The notes beneath the pieces are model-generated. The model did no database searches. It was given only the letters and a program-made list of their open reading frames with translations, and was not told the origin of the DNA. From contig NC_043010.1 of NCBI RefSeq assembly GCF_006345805.1, positions 8,804,001 through 8,868,000 of the forward strand: 64,000 nucleotides of DNA, given 5' to 3'. Numbering within the stretch: position 1 is the first letter of the stretch; every line of letters begins with the position of its first letter. Shown in pieces: positions 37,909-51,950 of the stretch. The position numbers and the translations under genes were made by a program. Source of the stretch: Octopus sinensis (taxonomy: Eukaryota).

Positions 37909-38618
37909 TGAATAAAAAATGGAGTTAACGCAGGTTTAAACAAGTATTTTTACTTTCTACATATGTTTCAAAAATTCCACTGATACTATTCAAAAGAATA
38001 AAAGGTATAAACAATGCAATCTTCTCTTCGGGAAAGTGAAAAAACGAAACTCGTCAATACGACATTTTAGCAAAAAATGATGGATTCGTATAGCGATAGA
38101 CAGAACGCTATTAATATTGTTTAAAAAAACGTTATATGATATAACGTCATAAGTAGCTAACAGAAAGAGTAGGGATATTAATAGTGAATGTTAAATATAA
38201 AGGAAATTAAAGTCTAAACTATATATAATGATAGAGACTACTTATATGCGCTAAAAGTATGTTTCTGCCAATGCTTACATCTGTATGCTCATTCTATAAC
38301 CGTGTTTACTAGAGTATTTTTAGAAAAATAATGAAAAATAGCTCAGAATTGCAGAGAAGACAGAATTTCTTGCCTTTGTCATATGGTATCATATAACGTT
38401 TTTTAAACAATATTAATAGCGTTCTGTCTATCGCTATACGAATCCATCATTTTTTGCTAAAATGTTGTATTGACGAGTTTCGTTTTTTCACTTTCCCGAA
38501 GAGAAGATTGCATTGTTTATACCTTTTATTCTTTTGAATAGTATCAGTGGAATTTTTGAAACATATGTAGAAAGTAAAAATACTTGTTTAAACCTCCGTT
38601 AACTCCATTTTTTATTCA
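37909..38618. mobile_element. Fold-back MITE with ~235-bp terminal inverted repeats and TA TSD
   Basis: 37907-38141 versus 38387-38620 differ by 2 substitutions and 1 indel; 245-bp spacer; flanked by TA. Confidence 0.9.
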
Positions 38619-38763
38619 TATTATTCAAAATATTCAATGTAAACACAAAGTTTCAACCTTTATAAACAAGGAGTTACAACATCTTTACTTGTGAGATTTT
38701 TGCTGCCCTGGTAACTATTCATTTATTTATCCGTGTTAATTGTTAACAAGGTAAAATACACTC

Positions 38764-38935
<172 letters not shown>

Positions 38936-39094
38936 GTATATGCATTATTTATTTATGTTATTTATTCATTGTGGTGTCCACTATATTTTACAAGATTTCC
39001 GAGACGGCAGAGTATAAAGGAGAAAGAGCAAAAGCCTACTTAAAAGCTTGAAATAAAAGAGATTTCCATAACAGCAATCTCTTTGCAAAGATAC

Positions 39095-39860
39095 ATAGTC
39101 TAGTGGTTAGGATGTTACACTCATGGTTACAAATTGTGGTTTCAATTCCTGGACTGGAGGGTGCACTGTACTCTTGAGTAAAATACTTTCTTTTCCTGTT
39201 GCTTCACTCCACTCAACTGTAAATGAGTAACTCTGCAAATACTGTGATCTCAGCAACTTAAAATGTAAAGACTCCCTTTGGTCATGAATGACCATGGGAA
39301 TTGCACCTAGAAAGTTTCCCTCTGAGGCACAAGTCCAGGCAAGGTTGTTTATGGAAGACCAGCAGATGCTCATGCGCACCCTCTCCACACCACCAATTTT
39401 ATCCATGGGAAAGGCAAAGGGCGATGCAGCTTGGCATCAGTGATGTCACAACTCATTTCTACATCTGAGTGAACTGTAGCAACGTGAAATAAAGTGTCTT
39501 GCTTAGTAACATGACACACAACCCGGTCCAGGAATTGAACTCACTACCTCATAGTTGTGAGCCTGATTCTCTAACCACTGAGCCATGTACCTCTCAGTCA
39601 CTTATATGTTATCAAAACCAGGCAACTAGCCTTAGGACTCAAGACAGTGATGTCCAGGGTTTCATCATGACAATGAATCTTTTGTTAGATGGTGGTGCAT
39701 GGAGGCATGTGGCTTAGTGGTTAGGGTGTTGTACTCATGATCGTAAGATTGTGGTTTTGTTTTCTGGACCAAGTGACACATTGTGTTCTTGAGCAAGCAC
39801 TTCATTTCACATTGCTCCAGCCCAGTCAGCTGGCAAAAATAAGTAACCGTGCAAAGGACC
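39095..39860. mobile_element. Cluster of family C SINE pieces in both orientations
   Basis: Plus heads at about 39095 and 39702; minus copy about 39270-39595. Confidence 0.7.
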
Positions 39861-40419
39861 AAGATCCTGTCCAGGTGGGGAATTTTGACATCATGGAAAC
39901 CAGAAAACCAGCTCTTATGAGTTGTCATGACTCAAGAAAGTAAATTAACGTAGATGGTGGTGTACAGTATTAAACCAAATGGTTCATTAAGAGACCCCTA
40001 AATGCTTGCAACAGAGATGACTCTGTGAAAGACCTTCAAAAGCCAGTTAGGGCTACTAATTGCATGAAAGCTCTAATTAGAGTTTTTATCCAGTTGCTGT
40101 TCACCAAATTTCTCTCACATGTCTGTGGTTGACTTGGGCTATAGTAGAAGATGCCTGTCCACCAAAGTACCATGTAACAGAATTGAACCTGGAACCATGT
40201 AGTTTCAAAGCAAATACTTTAACATACATTGCGATATCTGAGGCTGTGCAGAAATAAAATAAACAAGATCTAAAGGCTGACTTTTTACTTCGAGAGAAAT
40301 TTTTGCAACTTAACCAAGTTGTATATTATATAACAATATATTATGTAATATAATATATATATATCATATATTTACATGTAATATATATCTAATATATACA
40401 ATATAGAAAATATGATATA

Positions 40420-40834
40420 AGGAGTGGCTGTGTGGTAAGTAGCTTGCTAACCAACCACATCGTTCCGGGTTCAGTCCCACTGCGTGGCATCTTGGGCAAG
40501 TGTCTTCTACTATAGCCCCGGGCCGACCAATGCCTTGTGAGTGGATTTGGTAGACGGAAACTGAAAGAAGCCTGTCGTATATATGTATATATATATATAT
40601 GTGTGTGTGTGTGATTGTGTGTCTGTATTTGTCCCCCTAGCATTGCTTGACAACCGATGCTGGTGTGTTTATGTCCCCGTCACTTAGCGGTTCGGCAAAA
40701 AGAGACCGATAGAATAAGTACTGGACTTACAAAGAATAAGTCCCGGGGTCGATTTGCTCGACTAAAGGCGGTGCTCCAGCATGGCCGCAGTCAAATGACT
40801 GAAACAAGTAAAAGAGTAAAAGAGTAAAAGAGTA
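40420..40834 (+). mobile_element. SINE family A, full length
   Basis: Same architecture. Confidence 0.9.
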
Positions 40835-41024
40835 ATATAATGTAATATGTTTTATGCTCCTAAAGGGACCCAGGAATCAAGTGGACTCAAGGGACACAAG
40901 AACCAAGAACCAACTAGGTTATGGATTAGGTCTATCACACAAATTAGTTCTGTTCTTTTAAATGTTTGGTCATATGAGAAGAAAGAGGAAAAGACAACGT
41001 AGAAGCTGTATGTATGTATGTATG

Positions 41025-41255
41025 TATTTCTTTACTACCCAGAAGGGGCTAAACATAGAGGGGACAAACAAGGACAGACAAACGGATTAAGTCGATTATA
41101 TCGACCCCAGTGCATAACTGGTACTTAATTTATCGACCTCGAAAGGATGAAAAGCAGAGTCGACCTCGGCGGAATTTGAACTCAGTACGTAACGGCAGAG
41201 GAAATAGGGCTACACATTTCGCCCGGCGTGCTAACGTTTCTGTCAGCTCACCACC
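41025..41255 (-). mobile_element. SINE family B, full length
   Basis: Family B pattern. Confidence 0.9.
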
Positions 41256-43589
41256 TTATGTATGTATGTATGTATGTATGTATGTATGTATGTATGTATG
41301 TATGTATGTATGTATCTATCTATCTATCTACATCTATCTATCTATCAATCAATCTATCTATCTACCTATCTATCTATCTGTCTATCAATCTATCTATCTA
41401 TCTATCTGTCTATCTATCAATCTATCTATCTATCTATCTGTCTGTCTATCATACATGCACACATACACACAAACATGCATATAGGTTGGGATTATTGTGA
41501 CTTGATTCAAGGAACTACCTGATAAGAATATAAGGGTAAATCCCCTGTATGAAGGAGGAGAATATAAATCATAAGAACTTATTATACAGTGATTGATGTT
41601 GCTGTTGTTGTTGTTGTTGTCGTCGTCATTGTTGTTGTTATTATTTGTAAGTGTATCTTGGTAAATCTGCTACATATATGATATATGGGGCAGAGGAAAA
41701 TGATTGAACAAACTATCCAATCAGCATTTCAAGACACGGTCATCCCAAGTTTATTGTTGGGATATATTGTTGTATGATTAAAGCACAAACACCACGAGGT
41801 AGAAAGTCTAAAGACGTTAAGGAGTTTGTTGGCAGGAAATTAGTTGCTACATTGAACAGATCACGCAAAATTGATTCTGTTAAATAATTCCTTTAGATGA
41901 TTTTGTAATTCTTTGAAAAGCTTTTAGACTTAAGTTGATGTTTGTGAATGTTGAAAAAAAAAGAATAATTTAGGCGTTCTTCAATTTTTCTATTTCATTT
42001 TTATTCATTTATTTATTTTTTGTCTGGATTTTTAGAAAGAAAACAATTTTAAATACACATAAAAATGCAAAGGATAAAATACATAAAAAAATATTAGCTT
42101 GATCAAATCTATGTTTAAACCAGTGAACACACTTGCATATTAATTCATAAATTAGCAACAACTGCACACACAACTTTTTCTTAATTTGGATATGAAAATA
42201 TCTCCTAATTATATCTCAATTGGGTTCATCTGAAGAATTTCTTGTTCAGATTATCAGTTTATCTTTAGAGAATCTTTCTTTTTCTGTCTTTTTGTCTATG
42301 ATGTAAACAAAGTTTGAAATGTGCTTTGACTATACAACCGATATAACTGTCTTCCTAAATGAATGGATTTTTTTCCTGAATTTTAAAACACTTAACACAT
42401 TGGATGACAAATATCCTCTTAGTAAGAAACCATGCCTACCTATAGTTCTTTCAGAAACGTTCAAAGTTGTCTCTCCTACATGCTCAACCGAAGGACAATG
42501 TTGGTTAACCCTTAATAAGCTCTCTGTATTTAACTGCTGCATTTAACATTAATGTTCAATCATTCATGATGTTGACAGCATTGGAAACAACAAAACCCAC
42601 TCATTTAAGACTACCATAGAAATATTATTAGAATAAATCCTTTGCTTGCGTAAAATGAGACAGCACAAATGAATTGCCCTTTATGTACAATTTTGAATTT
42701 CAATCCACATTTCATAGCTCATTAACATGATAAACTCTTGTATGCTGCTGTTCATAGCTGATTGATATAGTCTTACATCGAAAATTTTTCTCGTTTTCTT
42801 TTAATTAGAATATCAGATTGATATAAAAGCTTTTTCCAGTTACTTTTGTAAGATCACTTTGTTAAATAAAGTAGTATCAGGTGATAATTTCTAATTTTGG
42901 TGGTGTAAAAACTATGAAGATATCCAATTCACAGCTGAAGATGGGAGCTCTCTTTCTTTTATGTAATATGCCTTCATTCTTTCCTTGTTGACTCCGCTTG
43001 CTGTCACCCCACCCAAAATAATTCTCAATCCTTAAAGTTCCTAAAATACTGTATGAAAGTATATTTATAGTTGGTGCTAGAAAGGTTATGAATAAACAGA
43101 TGACAATCTTAATTAACAATACATTAAATGTTGTTTGAATGGTCTTTGCAAGGTATTGCTATGCAAAATATAAAAAGTTCTGGTGTAAATATGTTGCGAT
43201 GTAAGAAGTCTAATGCTGACTCTTCTGTATAAGCTTAATAATATAAGGGAAATTAAAACATGCATTATATTTATGCATACTTTCTGGCTAATTTTTATCT
43301 TGTACTGGCTCATTGTTTTGTCCTTGAGTGGTTTCAGGATCATCAGTTTTTCTGTAAGGTGCCACATATAAATGATCCTTGCTGGTGCCATATATGAAGC
43401 GTTCAAGCTGGTGCTGTGTAAAACGCATTCAGTAGACCATGCAAAGTGGTTGGCATTAGGAAGGGCCTCCAACCATAGAAACCATTCCAAAACAGATAAA
43501 TGAAGTCTCTGGGCAGGTCTCTGGCTGGCTAGTTCCCATCAAACCGTCCAACCCATACCAGTGTGGAAAATGCATATTGAATTGTGATG

Positions 43590-43712
43590 GCAAAGATGAT
43601 GATGATGAGGATGACAACGACAACGACAACGATGATGATGATGAGGAGGAGGAGGAGGAGGAAGTTCATGATGATGATGATGATGATAATGATGATGATG
43701 ATGATAATGATG

Positions 43713-43768
<56 letters not shown>

Positions 43769-43770
43769 GT
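43590..43770. repeat. (GAT)n/(GAG)n tract, tail of a degenerate family E copy (about 43370-43590)
   Basis: Direct reading. Confidence 0.85.
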
Positions 43771-44829
43771 AGTTGCTAGCCCCTTTCTCAGCCCTTCTTT
43801 ATGTCTAGAAAGTGGGATGCTCTGAGTAGTCCCTCTCTGATACTCATCATAATGTAAGGTGCTTGTAACAGTGTAAGATTAATCAACCCCCAGTACATAA
43901 CTACATAACTAGTATTTTTATTTATTGAATCTGTAAGGCTGCAAGACAACATTTACCTCTGAAGAATTTGAACTTTATGCACAGAGAGCCATAATGCATT
44001 ATGCAGGGAATTATTCCGACTATCTATTGCCTCTAACCATTGGCTACTTATTATTTAGACAAAATTTATTTTATTAATAATTATAAGGATTTCATTTTTT
44101 GCAGCAATGCTCTATTTTATAGTGGAAAATTATTTGACCCTAAATATATTAGAGTCAGTGACATAGCAGAACATATATACAACAGAATATATCATTGTAG
44201 ATCAATGCTGGGAAACATTTTTAGCTTGAGGGACAAATTATATGTGCATAAGAACCCATGGGAGTACATTCTTGAAAAAAAATGATGAATCTTTAATTTT
44301 ACAAATTCAAAAGTATGCAACTCATATTGAATTACTATTTTGGTATTAAAGCTTAAACCAGTTTTTTTTTTCAGTTTTTTTATTTATTTATTTATCTATT
44401 TAATTCACCTGATTGATTTTTTCAAAACTTTGTAGCAGACTGTTTCATATTTGAATATGGGTGAAACTGGATCTGTTGGGCAAGTGGTTTCTCTAGAAAT
44501 TTTCTAGATAAATGAGACGGTAATCCACCTTATTCACTTGGCTACTTTGTCTCTAAATAAAAGAATAGCTTAAAAGAACCAGTCATCAAAATACTTCCAT
44601 CAGAATCTTGCATATTCTTATATCCCTTGAGCTAGTTATTAATTCAATGAAACAGTTGTTAAGAGAGTTATATGACATTTTAACTGACAATTCTCTGATG
44701 GTTGAGAAATATTCTCATGTTATATTCTCATGTTCCAAACACATTTCAGGTTTGCTTCTAATAGAAAAAGAAAAAGAAAAAAAAAACAAATTTATATTAT
44801 TTTGTACAATATTCTGTCTTTAGTTACTG

Positions 44830-44985
44830 ACATGGCTGTGTGGTTAAGAAGCTCACTTCGTAACCACAAAGTTTCAAGTTCAATCTTACTGTGTGGCACC
44901 TTGAACAAGTGTTTTCTACAATAGCCTTGGGCCGACCAAAGCCTTGTGAGTGGATTTGGTAGACAGAAACTGAAAGAAGCCCATC

Positions 44986-45023
<38 letters not shown>

Positions 45024-45248
45024 TGTATTTATATGTATGTGTGTGTGTATATATGTTTATGTGTCTCTGTTTGTCCCCCACCAACATCTTGACAACTGAT
45101 GGTGGTATGTTTACGTCCCCGTTTGGTAAAAGAGACCGATAGAATAAGTACTAGGCTTACAAAGAATAAGTCCTCGAGTCGATTTGCTCGACTAAAGGCG
45201 GTGCTCCAGCATGGCCACGGTCAAATGACTGAAACAAGTAAAGAGTAA
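44830..45248 (+). mobile_element. SINE family A, diverged full length
   Basis: Same architecture. Confidence 0.85.
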
Positions 45249-46519
45249 CTACATAAAACATCTTCTTCTCCCTAATAATAAGTTCCATTCATGTTCAGAA
45301 TGCTTCTTAAAAAATATCAAATCAACTTCAGTAATTTTATTGGTACTTTATTTTATCAACCCTGGAATTAGGAAAACCAAAGTTAACACCAGTCTAAGTC
45401 CTCTTTTTTTTTATTCTATTCTTATCTAGGATGCTTTACAGAAATATTAAATTAGCAGCAATATTTGTTTGGTGTTTTATTTCATTGACTACAGAAGAAA
45501 GAAGAAAAGCAAAATTGACCTCAGTAAGATTCGAACCCAGAAACAAATTTTTCCATTGCTTATTGATATTCAAATTTCATTCATCATGGCTAAGATCAGC
45601 ATTTTTTGCTTGATTCTTTTCCCACTTCCCTTCCAGAACTCAGCAAGTTGACTGAATCCAAAGCATTAGTCACCGAAGGCTATGGTTGCACACATTTGCT
45701 CAAGGTTCCATGCAGCTAAATTGAACTCAGAACCATGCATTTGTGATGCAAATTTCTCAGCCACTCAAGCCACACAAGCCATGCGGGTCTCCATTTGTAG
45801 TATATCTTGAAAACTGCCCTTGATGTTTATCAATATATTCTACTTTATTTACTGTGCATCATTAGATACAATTTTATTATTCTGAAGATGTTCAGATTTT
45901 GCACAGCATAAAGTTCGCTATTTGCTATTTGGTTCTTCAAGAGAAAGTTTATATTCTCTTTCTGTACGTTTATCAAATTAGCTTGCCATAGAAAGAGAAT
46001 TTACAGAGTTAAGATCATCAAGCAATTACAGCTTGACATGGGCAGTGCGTGGTTCTTGTTGTGTTAGCCTACATCACATTCTAATTGGTTGCTTTGAAAC
46101 AAACTCCTGCTTAGCGATGCTATCGTATATTCTGATTGAGTCATTAGTTCTGTGTGACAACTGAACTGGAATGGTAAATAGGGACAGTCTCAAGAACTGG
46201 AAGGTAGTGACAATCTGCATCAGCATGGTCTCGTTAGGAAGTATAAGTAAACAAGAAGTATGTTGATGTTCTTTAAAAAAGAAGTAGAGAAAGAGACTAA
46301 TGGTTCTTCTCTGACATAAAGTAGAGCCTGAGATGTTAGCCCCTAATTCTCAACATAAACAAAATTAACCCTCTTATATACACACACACACACACAATGT
46401 TAAAGACGTTTTCACCTCCCCAGCGTTACATCTGCTTGTTGTCTACACCACCTGTCTTCGTCTTTTGTTTTTTTGTGAGATTGGACAATAAGCGTAAGCC
46501 AGTGTCAACGGTGATTCCA

Positions 46520-46865
46520 GAAATTCCAAACCAGAAACTACAGCCTAGAATTTGACCTCATGGTGGCAACGACTGAGACCTTTTGCATTGTTGTGCTTGC
46601 AAAGACCCACCAAGCCAGGCAAAATCGCAGTCATGGCAGATAGATACTAGTGTCACAAAAATAGCATCGATACCAGTGGTATGTAAAATCACTCATTACA
46701 CTCTTGGAGTGGTTGGCATTAGGAAAAGCATCCAGCTGTAGAAAGCATACCAAATCAGACTGGAGTCTGGTGTAGCCTTCCAGCTTACCAGCTGTGGTCA
46801 AACCGCTAAACCCATGCCAGTATGGACAATTGATGTTAAGTGATGATGATGATGATGATGATGAT
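46520..46865 (+). mobile_element. SINE family E, diverged
   Basis: ggagtggttggcattaggaaaagcatccagc...(GAT)n. Confidence 0.75.
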
Positions 46866-47337
46866 ATATAAATATATATTTGTGTCTTTGTATCTGTGTT
46901 TGTCCCACATCACTGCTTGATAACTGGTGTAGGTATCTTTACATTCATGTAACTTAACAGTTCATCAAAAGAGACTGATAAAATAGGATATTTCTTTTAA
47001 ACATTTATATCGTGGATTTTTCTTTAAATTATAAATTTCATAAATTCTTCCACTTGCTTTCATCATTCTCTGTTGCTATCCCTTAGTATCATCGTCTAAA
47101 ATAATAATGGTTTTAAATTTTTAGTACAAGGCCAGCAGTTTTCTTGGAAGGAATAAGTTGGTTTCATTAACTGCTATGTATTTTTTTGAGCCTGAAAGGA
47201 TGCAAGGCAAAGTTGACTCTGGTAGAATTTGAACTCAATGTAAAGACAGAAGAAATTCTGCTAAGAATTTCGCCTGGCATATTGATGATACTGCCAGCTT
47301 GCTGCCTTATCTTTCAAGATAATCTCTCTCTCTCTCT

Positions 47338-47908
47338 CTCTCTTTTACTTGTTTCAGTCATTTGACTACAGCCACACTGGAGCACTGCCTTTAGTCGAGC
47401 AAATCGACCCCGGCACTTATTCTTTATAAGCCTAGTACTTATTCTATCGGTCTCTTTTGCCAAACTGCTAGGTGACAGGGATATAAACACACCAGCATCG
47501 GTTGTCAAGCGATGCTAGGAGGACAAACACAGACACTCAAACATACAAACACATATATATACAGGGTGTCCCAAAAAAATGTATACACACCTTAAATAAT
47601 TGTAAATTTGTTATTCTTTGTAAGCCTAGTACTTATTCTATTGTTCTCTTTTGCCGAACCACTATGTGTATACATTTTTTTGGGACACCCTGTATCATCA
47701 TCATCATTTAGCGTCCGTTCTCCATGCTAGCATGATACATATATACGACGGGCTTCTTTCAGTTTCCATCTACCAAATCCACTCACAAGGCTTTGGTCGG
47801 CCCGAGGCTATAGTAGAAGACACTTGCCCAGGATGCCACACAATGGGACTGAACCCGGAACCATGTGGTTGGTAAGCAAGCTACTTATCACACAGCCACT
47901 CCTACACC
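47338..47908 (-). mobile_element. SINE family A carrying nested insertions
   Basis: Interrupted in its microsatellite by a mariner-type MITE and a short family E tail fragment. Confidence 0.85.
47562..47692. mobile_element. Tc1/mariner-type MITE (131 bp)
   Basis: Perfect 28-bp TIR cagggtgtcccaaaaaaatgtatacaca; TA TSD at 47560-47561 and 47693-47694. Confidence 0.9.
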
Positions 47909-48667
47909 AATAATATTAACTTCAATATTTATATTATCAATATCAGATGGATAAAGGGCAAAGTGAAGATTGGCAGAGTTTGAACTCAGAATATAAAAGT
48001 ACAAGACCACATATTACAAAGTATTGTTGTATAGTACCCAACCAATTCTTCCATCCACTCATAAAACTAACTGGTTTATGATTTTAGCTTCATTTTTATG
48101 CTTTTGATGGCAATGGTGACATTAGTACGACTAACAAGTCAAATTTTAACTGGAATCATATCTCTCTATCAAAGGTGGTTTTCTTTCTTCATTATCATTT
48201 AAAATTTTTTTTTTTTTTCAATTTCTTGGCTTGGAGGAAGAGATAGTGACTATGGCCTTTGCAGGCCCTCCTCATACACAAATGCTGCGGTTAATGTTCC
48301 TTTTGAACTTTGATTTGTCAGAATTTATGGGAATCACATGGACAAAGAAGGAATTTCAAAAAGCTAAGAATTCTGGGAAGGACTGAGCACAGGGATTAGT
48401 GTGTTGCTAGGTGATTAGACATAACAAGAATGGTGAGAGAATTAGAGATGAGGGAGACAAGAATGATGAAATGGAGACAGCATGAACCCAGTGAGTTCCA
48501 AGGAATAGAGAGAGGCCATTGTAGTTAGTGCTTTGAAAGGTAGAGAGAAGGGATCTCTCTCTACTTGTGGAACAGGGGCTGGAACATGTCTCTGAGTGAC
48601 TTTATGACAATTAGTTGAGTGGCCCCCCCTTTACTGGATGCAGTCTAGGATGTCTGTGTGTGGAGTA

Positions 48668-48719
48668 TCACCATCATCATCACCATCATCATCATCACCA
48701 CCACCACCCCCACCCCCAC

Positions 48720-48755
<36 letters not shown>

Positions 48756-48912
48756 CTTGTTCCTCCTCCTCCTCCTCCTCCTCCTCCTCACCATCAATCA
48801 TCATCATCATCACTACCACCACCACCACCACCATCATTATCATCATCATCATCATCATCACTACCACCACCACCATCACCACCATCACCATCACCATCAC
48901 CATCACCATCAT

Positions 48913-48976
<64 letters not shown>

Positions 48977-49075
48977 GCCAGTAGCAGCAGCATCAGTAGC
49001 AACAGCACCACCACCACCAACAACAGCAGCAGCAACCACCACCATCACCCACCACCATCACCCACCACCCACCAC
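48668..49075. repeat. Compound (CAT)(CCT)(CAC)(CAG)n trinucleotide tract
   Basis: Direct reading. Confidence 0.95.
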
Positions 49076-50277
49076 CCACTACCGTCTCACTCCCAGTCAC
49101 TCTGTCCCAGAAATGAAAGCAATACTTTGTGTTGGACATAGCTTGAATTTATTTAGAGTATCAATAATTGTTTGGAGGTGAAGTATCCATACAAAAAGGA
49201 CAAAAAACCCCAAAAAACAGAGGCGGGGTAAATAATGTTCTAAACATGTTCACAAGAATCTGAACTTGAAACTTAATATTTACACCTTATTTTAACCACC
49301 TCAGAATCTAACCACTGAGTCATTCTTGCACACCTTGCACAACTAATTGATGTGTTGGGATAATAGAGATACTGAGATACCGAAGACAGATGTGAGGTGA
49401 TGATAAACACCTAGAGTTGTTTATTAGAATGTGGAATGAGATATAATCGAGAGATAGGGGTGAGATATGATGACAAGGACTGGATTAGAAAAACTATTTA
49501 AACTGACAGTTATTAGGGAAATGATAATCCAAAGTAGTTAAAGATTGTTAAGAGTTGCTGATAAAACGAAACTTCATAAACACATCAAGTATTTTTTAGT
49601 AAAAAAATATAAATAATAAAATAAATATATAAATAAATAAATAAATACGAGAAAAGAAAAAAACTGAAAACTAAATAAAATAAATCAAAGCAAAAATACG
49701 AGAGTTATTTAGAAGAGGGTTTTTTTTTTTTCTTGGTTTTTTTTTTTCTTCTGAGAAATCAATGTTTAGCAGCAAAATTTCAAAGAAAATAAAACTTTGT
49801 AAAATACAAAATAGCAGCGAAAATGGAAGCATTTCTCTAATGAAAAGTTATCTGAACTGGATCTAAATGAAAATCAGCCAGAGTGTAGTTTTGTGAGTTA
49901 AGCTTTAAATTAATCTTTAAAATATAGTTAGTCTGTGAAACAAATGCATTGACATGATGTCACTTGAGATGACTTTTTTTTTTACAGGTAAAGCAATTGA
50001 AAAGAAAAGAGCAAAATATCAATGTAATACGGAAAGGATAACAAATTCTGGGTTGAAAAAAAAAAAGGGGGTAAATGGACTAATATTAGGCTATTTTCTA
50101 TATATGGTGAAAGCTTATATAGGTGTTTCTTTGTGGTAAGAAACTTGCTTCCCAGCTACATGGTTCTGGTTCAGTCTCAATGCATGGCACCTTGAGCAAG
50201 CGTCTTCTGTTTATAGCCTTGGGTTGCCCATAGACTTATGAGTGGATTTGATAGAAGGAAACTGAAAATAGTCCATC

Positions 50278-50340
<63 letters not shown>

Positions 50341-50348
50341 TATGTATG

Positions 50349-50379
<31 letters not shown>

Positions 50380-50404
50380 CATATATAAATATATATATAT
50401 ATAT

Positions 50405-50508
<104 letters not shown>

Positions 50509-50509
50509 G

Positions 50510-50541
<32 letters not shown>

Positions 50542-50554
50542 TATATATATATAT

Positions 50555-50768
50555 ATCATCGTCATCATCATCATCGTTTAGCGTCTGTTCTCCATGCTAG
50601 CATGGGTTGCACGGTTCAACTGGGGTCTGGGAAGCCAGAAGGCTGCACCAGGCTCCAGTCTGATCTGGCAGTGTTTCTACGGCTGGATGCCCTTCCTAAC
50701 GCCAACCACTCCGCGAGTGTAGTGGGTGCTTTTTACGTGCCACCGGCACAGGTGCCAGACGAGGCTGC
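50555..50768 (-). mobile_element. SINE family E, 3' part
   Basis: Family E pattern. Confidence 0.85.
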
Positions 50769-50902
50769 CAAACCTTAGTCACAGTTTATGTTCCTAACAC
50801 TAGCTTAATGATAACTAAGTTATTTTATTAAATTCTTTGTTATATTAAAAATTAATTGAAAGAAACACAAAACATCTCAACATAAATATGGTAACAAAAG
50901 GG
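50768..50902. mobile_element. piggyBac-like MITE PB1, 3' half
   Basis: Matches 3056-3190; ends gtaacaaaaggg-TTAA. Confidence 0.8.
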
Positions 50903-50959
50903 TTAAAATCGCCATGATATTTTTAACCCTTTTTGATACCAGCCTGGTTGAAACATTAT

Positions 50960-51246
50960 ATGGCCTAGTGGTTAGGGCAGCGGACTCGCGGTCGCAGGAT
51001 TGCGGTATCGATTCCCAGACCGGGCGTTGTGAGTGTTTATTGAGCGAAAACACCTAAAAGCTCCACGAGGCTTCGGCAGGGGGTGGTGATCCCTGCTGTA
51101 CTCTTTCACCACTCTTTCTCCCACTCTTTCTTCTGTTGGCCTGCTCGCTTAGCCAGCGGGGTGGCGTCATTTGAAGGCTAAAACAATGCGAACGCATTGT
51201 GACCAGCGATGTGTAACAACATCTGATGGTCTGGTCGGTCACGTGA
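50960..51246 (+). mobile_element. SINE family D
   Basis: Family D head and body. Confidence 0.85.
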
Positions 51247-51269
51247 TATATATATATATATATATATAT

Positions 51270-51543
51270 CATCGCCAGTGCCACTGGACTGGCTCCTGTG
51301 CAGGTGGCATGTAAAAAGCACCATTTGGACGTGGTCATTGCCAGTACCACCAAACTGGCCCTCGTGCCGGTGGCCCCTAAAAGCACCCACTACACTCTCG
51401 GAGTGGTTGGCGTTAGGAAGGGCATCCAGCTGTAGAAACTCTGCCAGATCAGATTGGAGTCTGGTACGCCAGACCGCAGTCAAATCATCCAACCCATGCA
51501 AGCATGGAAAGCGGACGTTAAATGATGATGATGATGATGATGA

Positions 51544-51548
<5 letters not shown>
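51270..51548 (+). mobile_element. SINE family E
   Basis: Two internal units plus (GAT)n tail. Confidence 0.85.
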
Positions 51549-51589
<41 letters not shown>

Positions 51590-51591
<2 letters not shown>

Positions 51592-51828
51592 TATATACAT
51601 ACATACATACATACATACTTATACATACTTATACATACATACATAATACATACATACACATACATGCATACATGCATACATACATACATTCATACATACA
51701 TATACATACATACATACATACATACATGCTTACATACATACATACATATACATACATGCATACATACATACATACATACATACATACATACATACATACA
51801 TTCATACATACATACATACATACATACA

Positions 51829-51862
<34 letters not shown>

Positions 51863-51950
51863 CATACATACATACATACATACATACATTCATACATACA
51901 TACATACATACATACATACATTCATACATACATACATACATACATACATA
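51590..51950. repeat. (TACA)n tetranucleotide tract
   Basis: Direct reading. Confidence 0.95.

Noticed and set aside
42877-43119. ORF starting MLIKIVICLFITFLAPT, like a protocadherin signal peptide
   Set aside because: No cadherin motif follows and it stops after 80 aa.
48240-48620. Possible old LINE fragment (also 21540-21790 and 56760-57050)
   Set aside because: Composition suggests decayed retroelements, but I could not recover a diagnostic motif.
48615-49181. Poly-H/P/S/A ORFs resembling a transcription factor low-complexity region
   Set aside because: Compound trinucleotide repeat open in all frames, with no adjoining domain.
49988-50070. Plus-strand acceptor ttttttttacag|G with a short open frame
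   Set aside because: Weak donor, low-complexity lysine-rich peptide and no linking exon.
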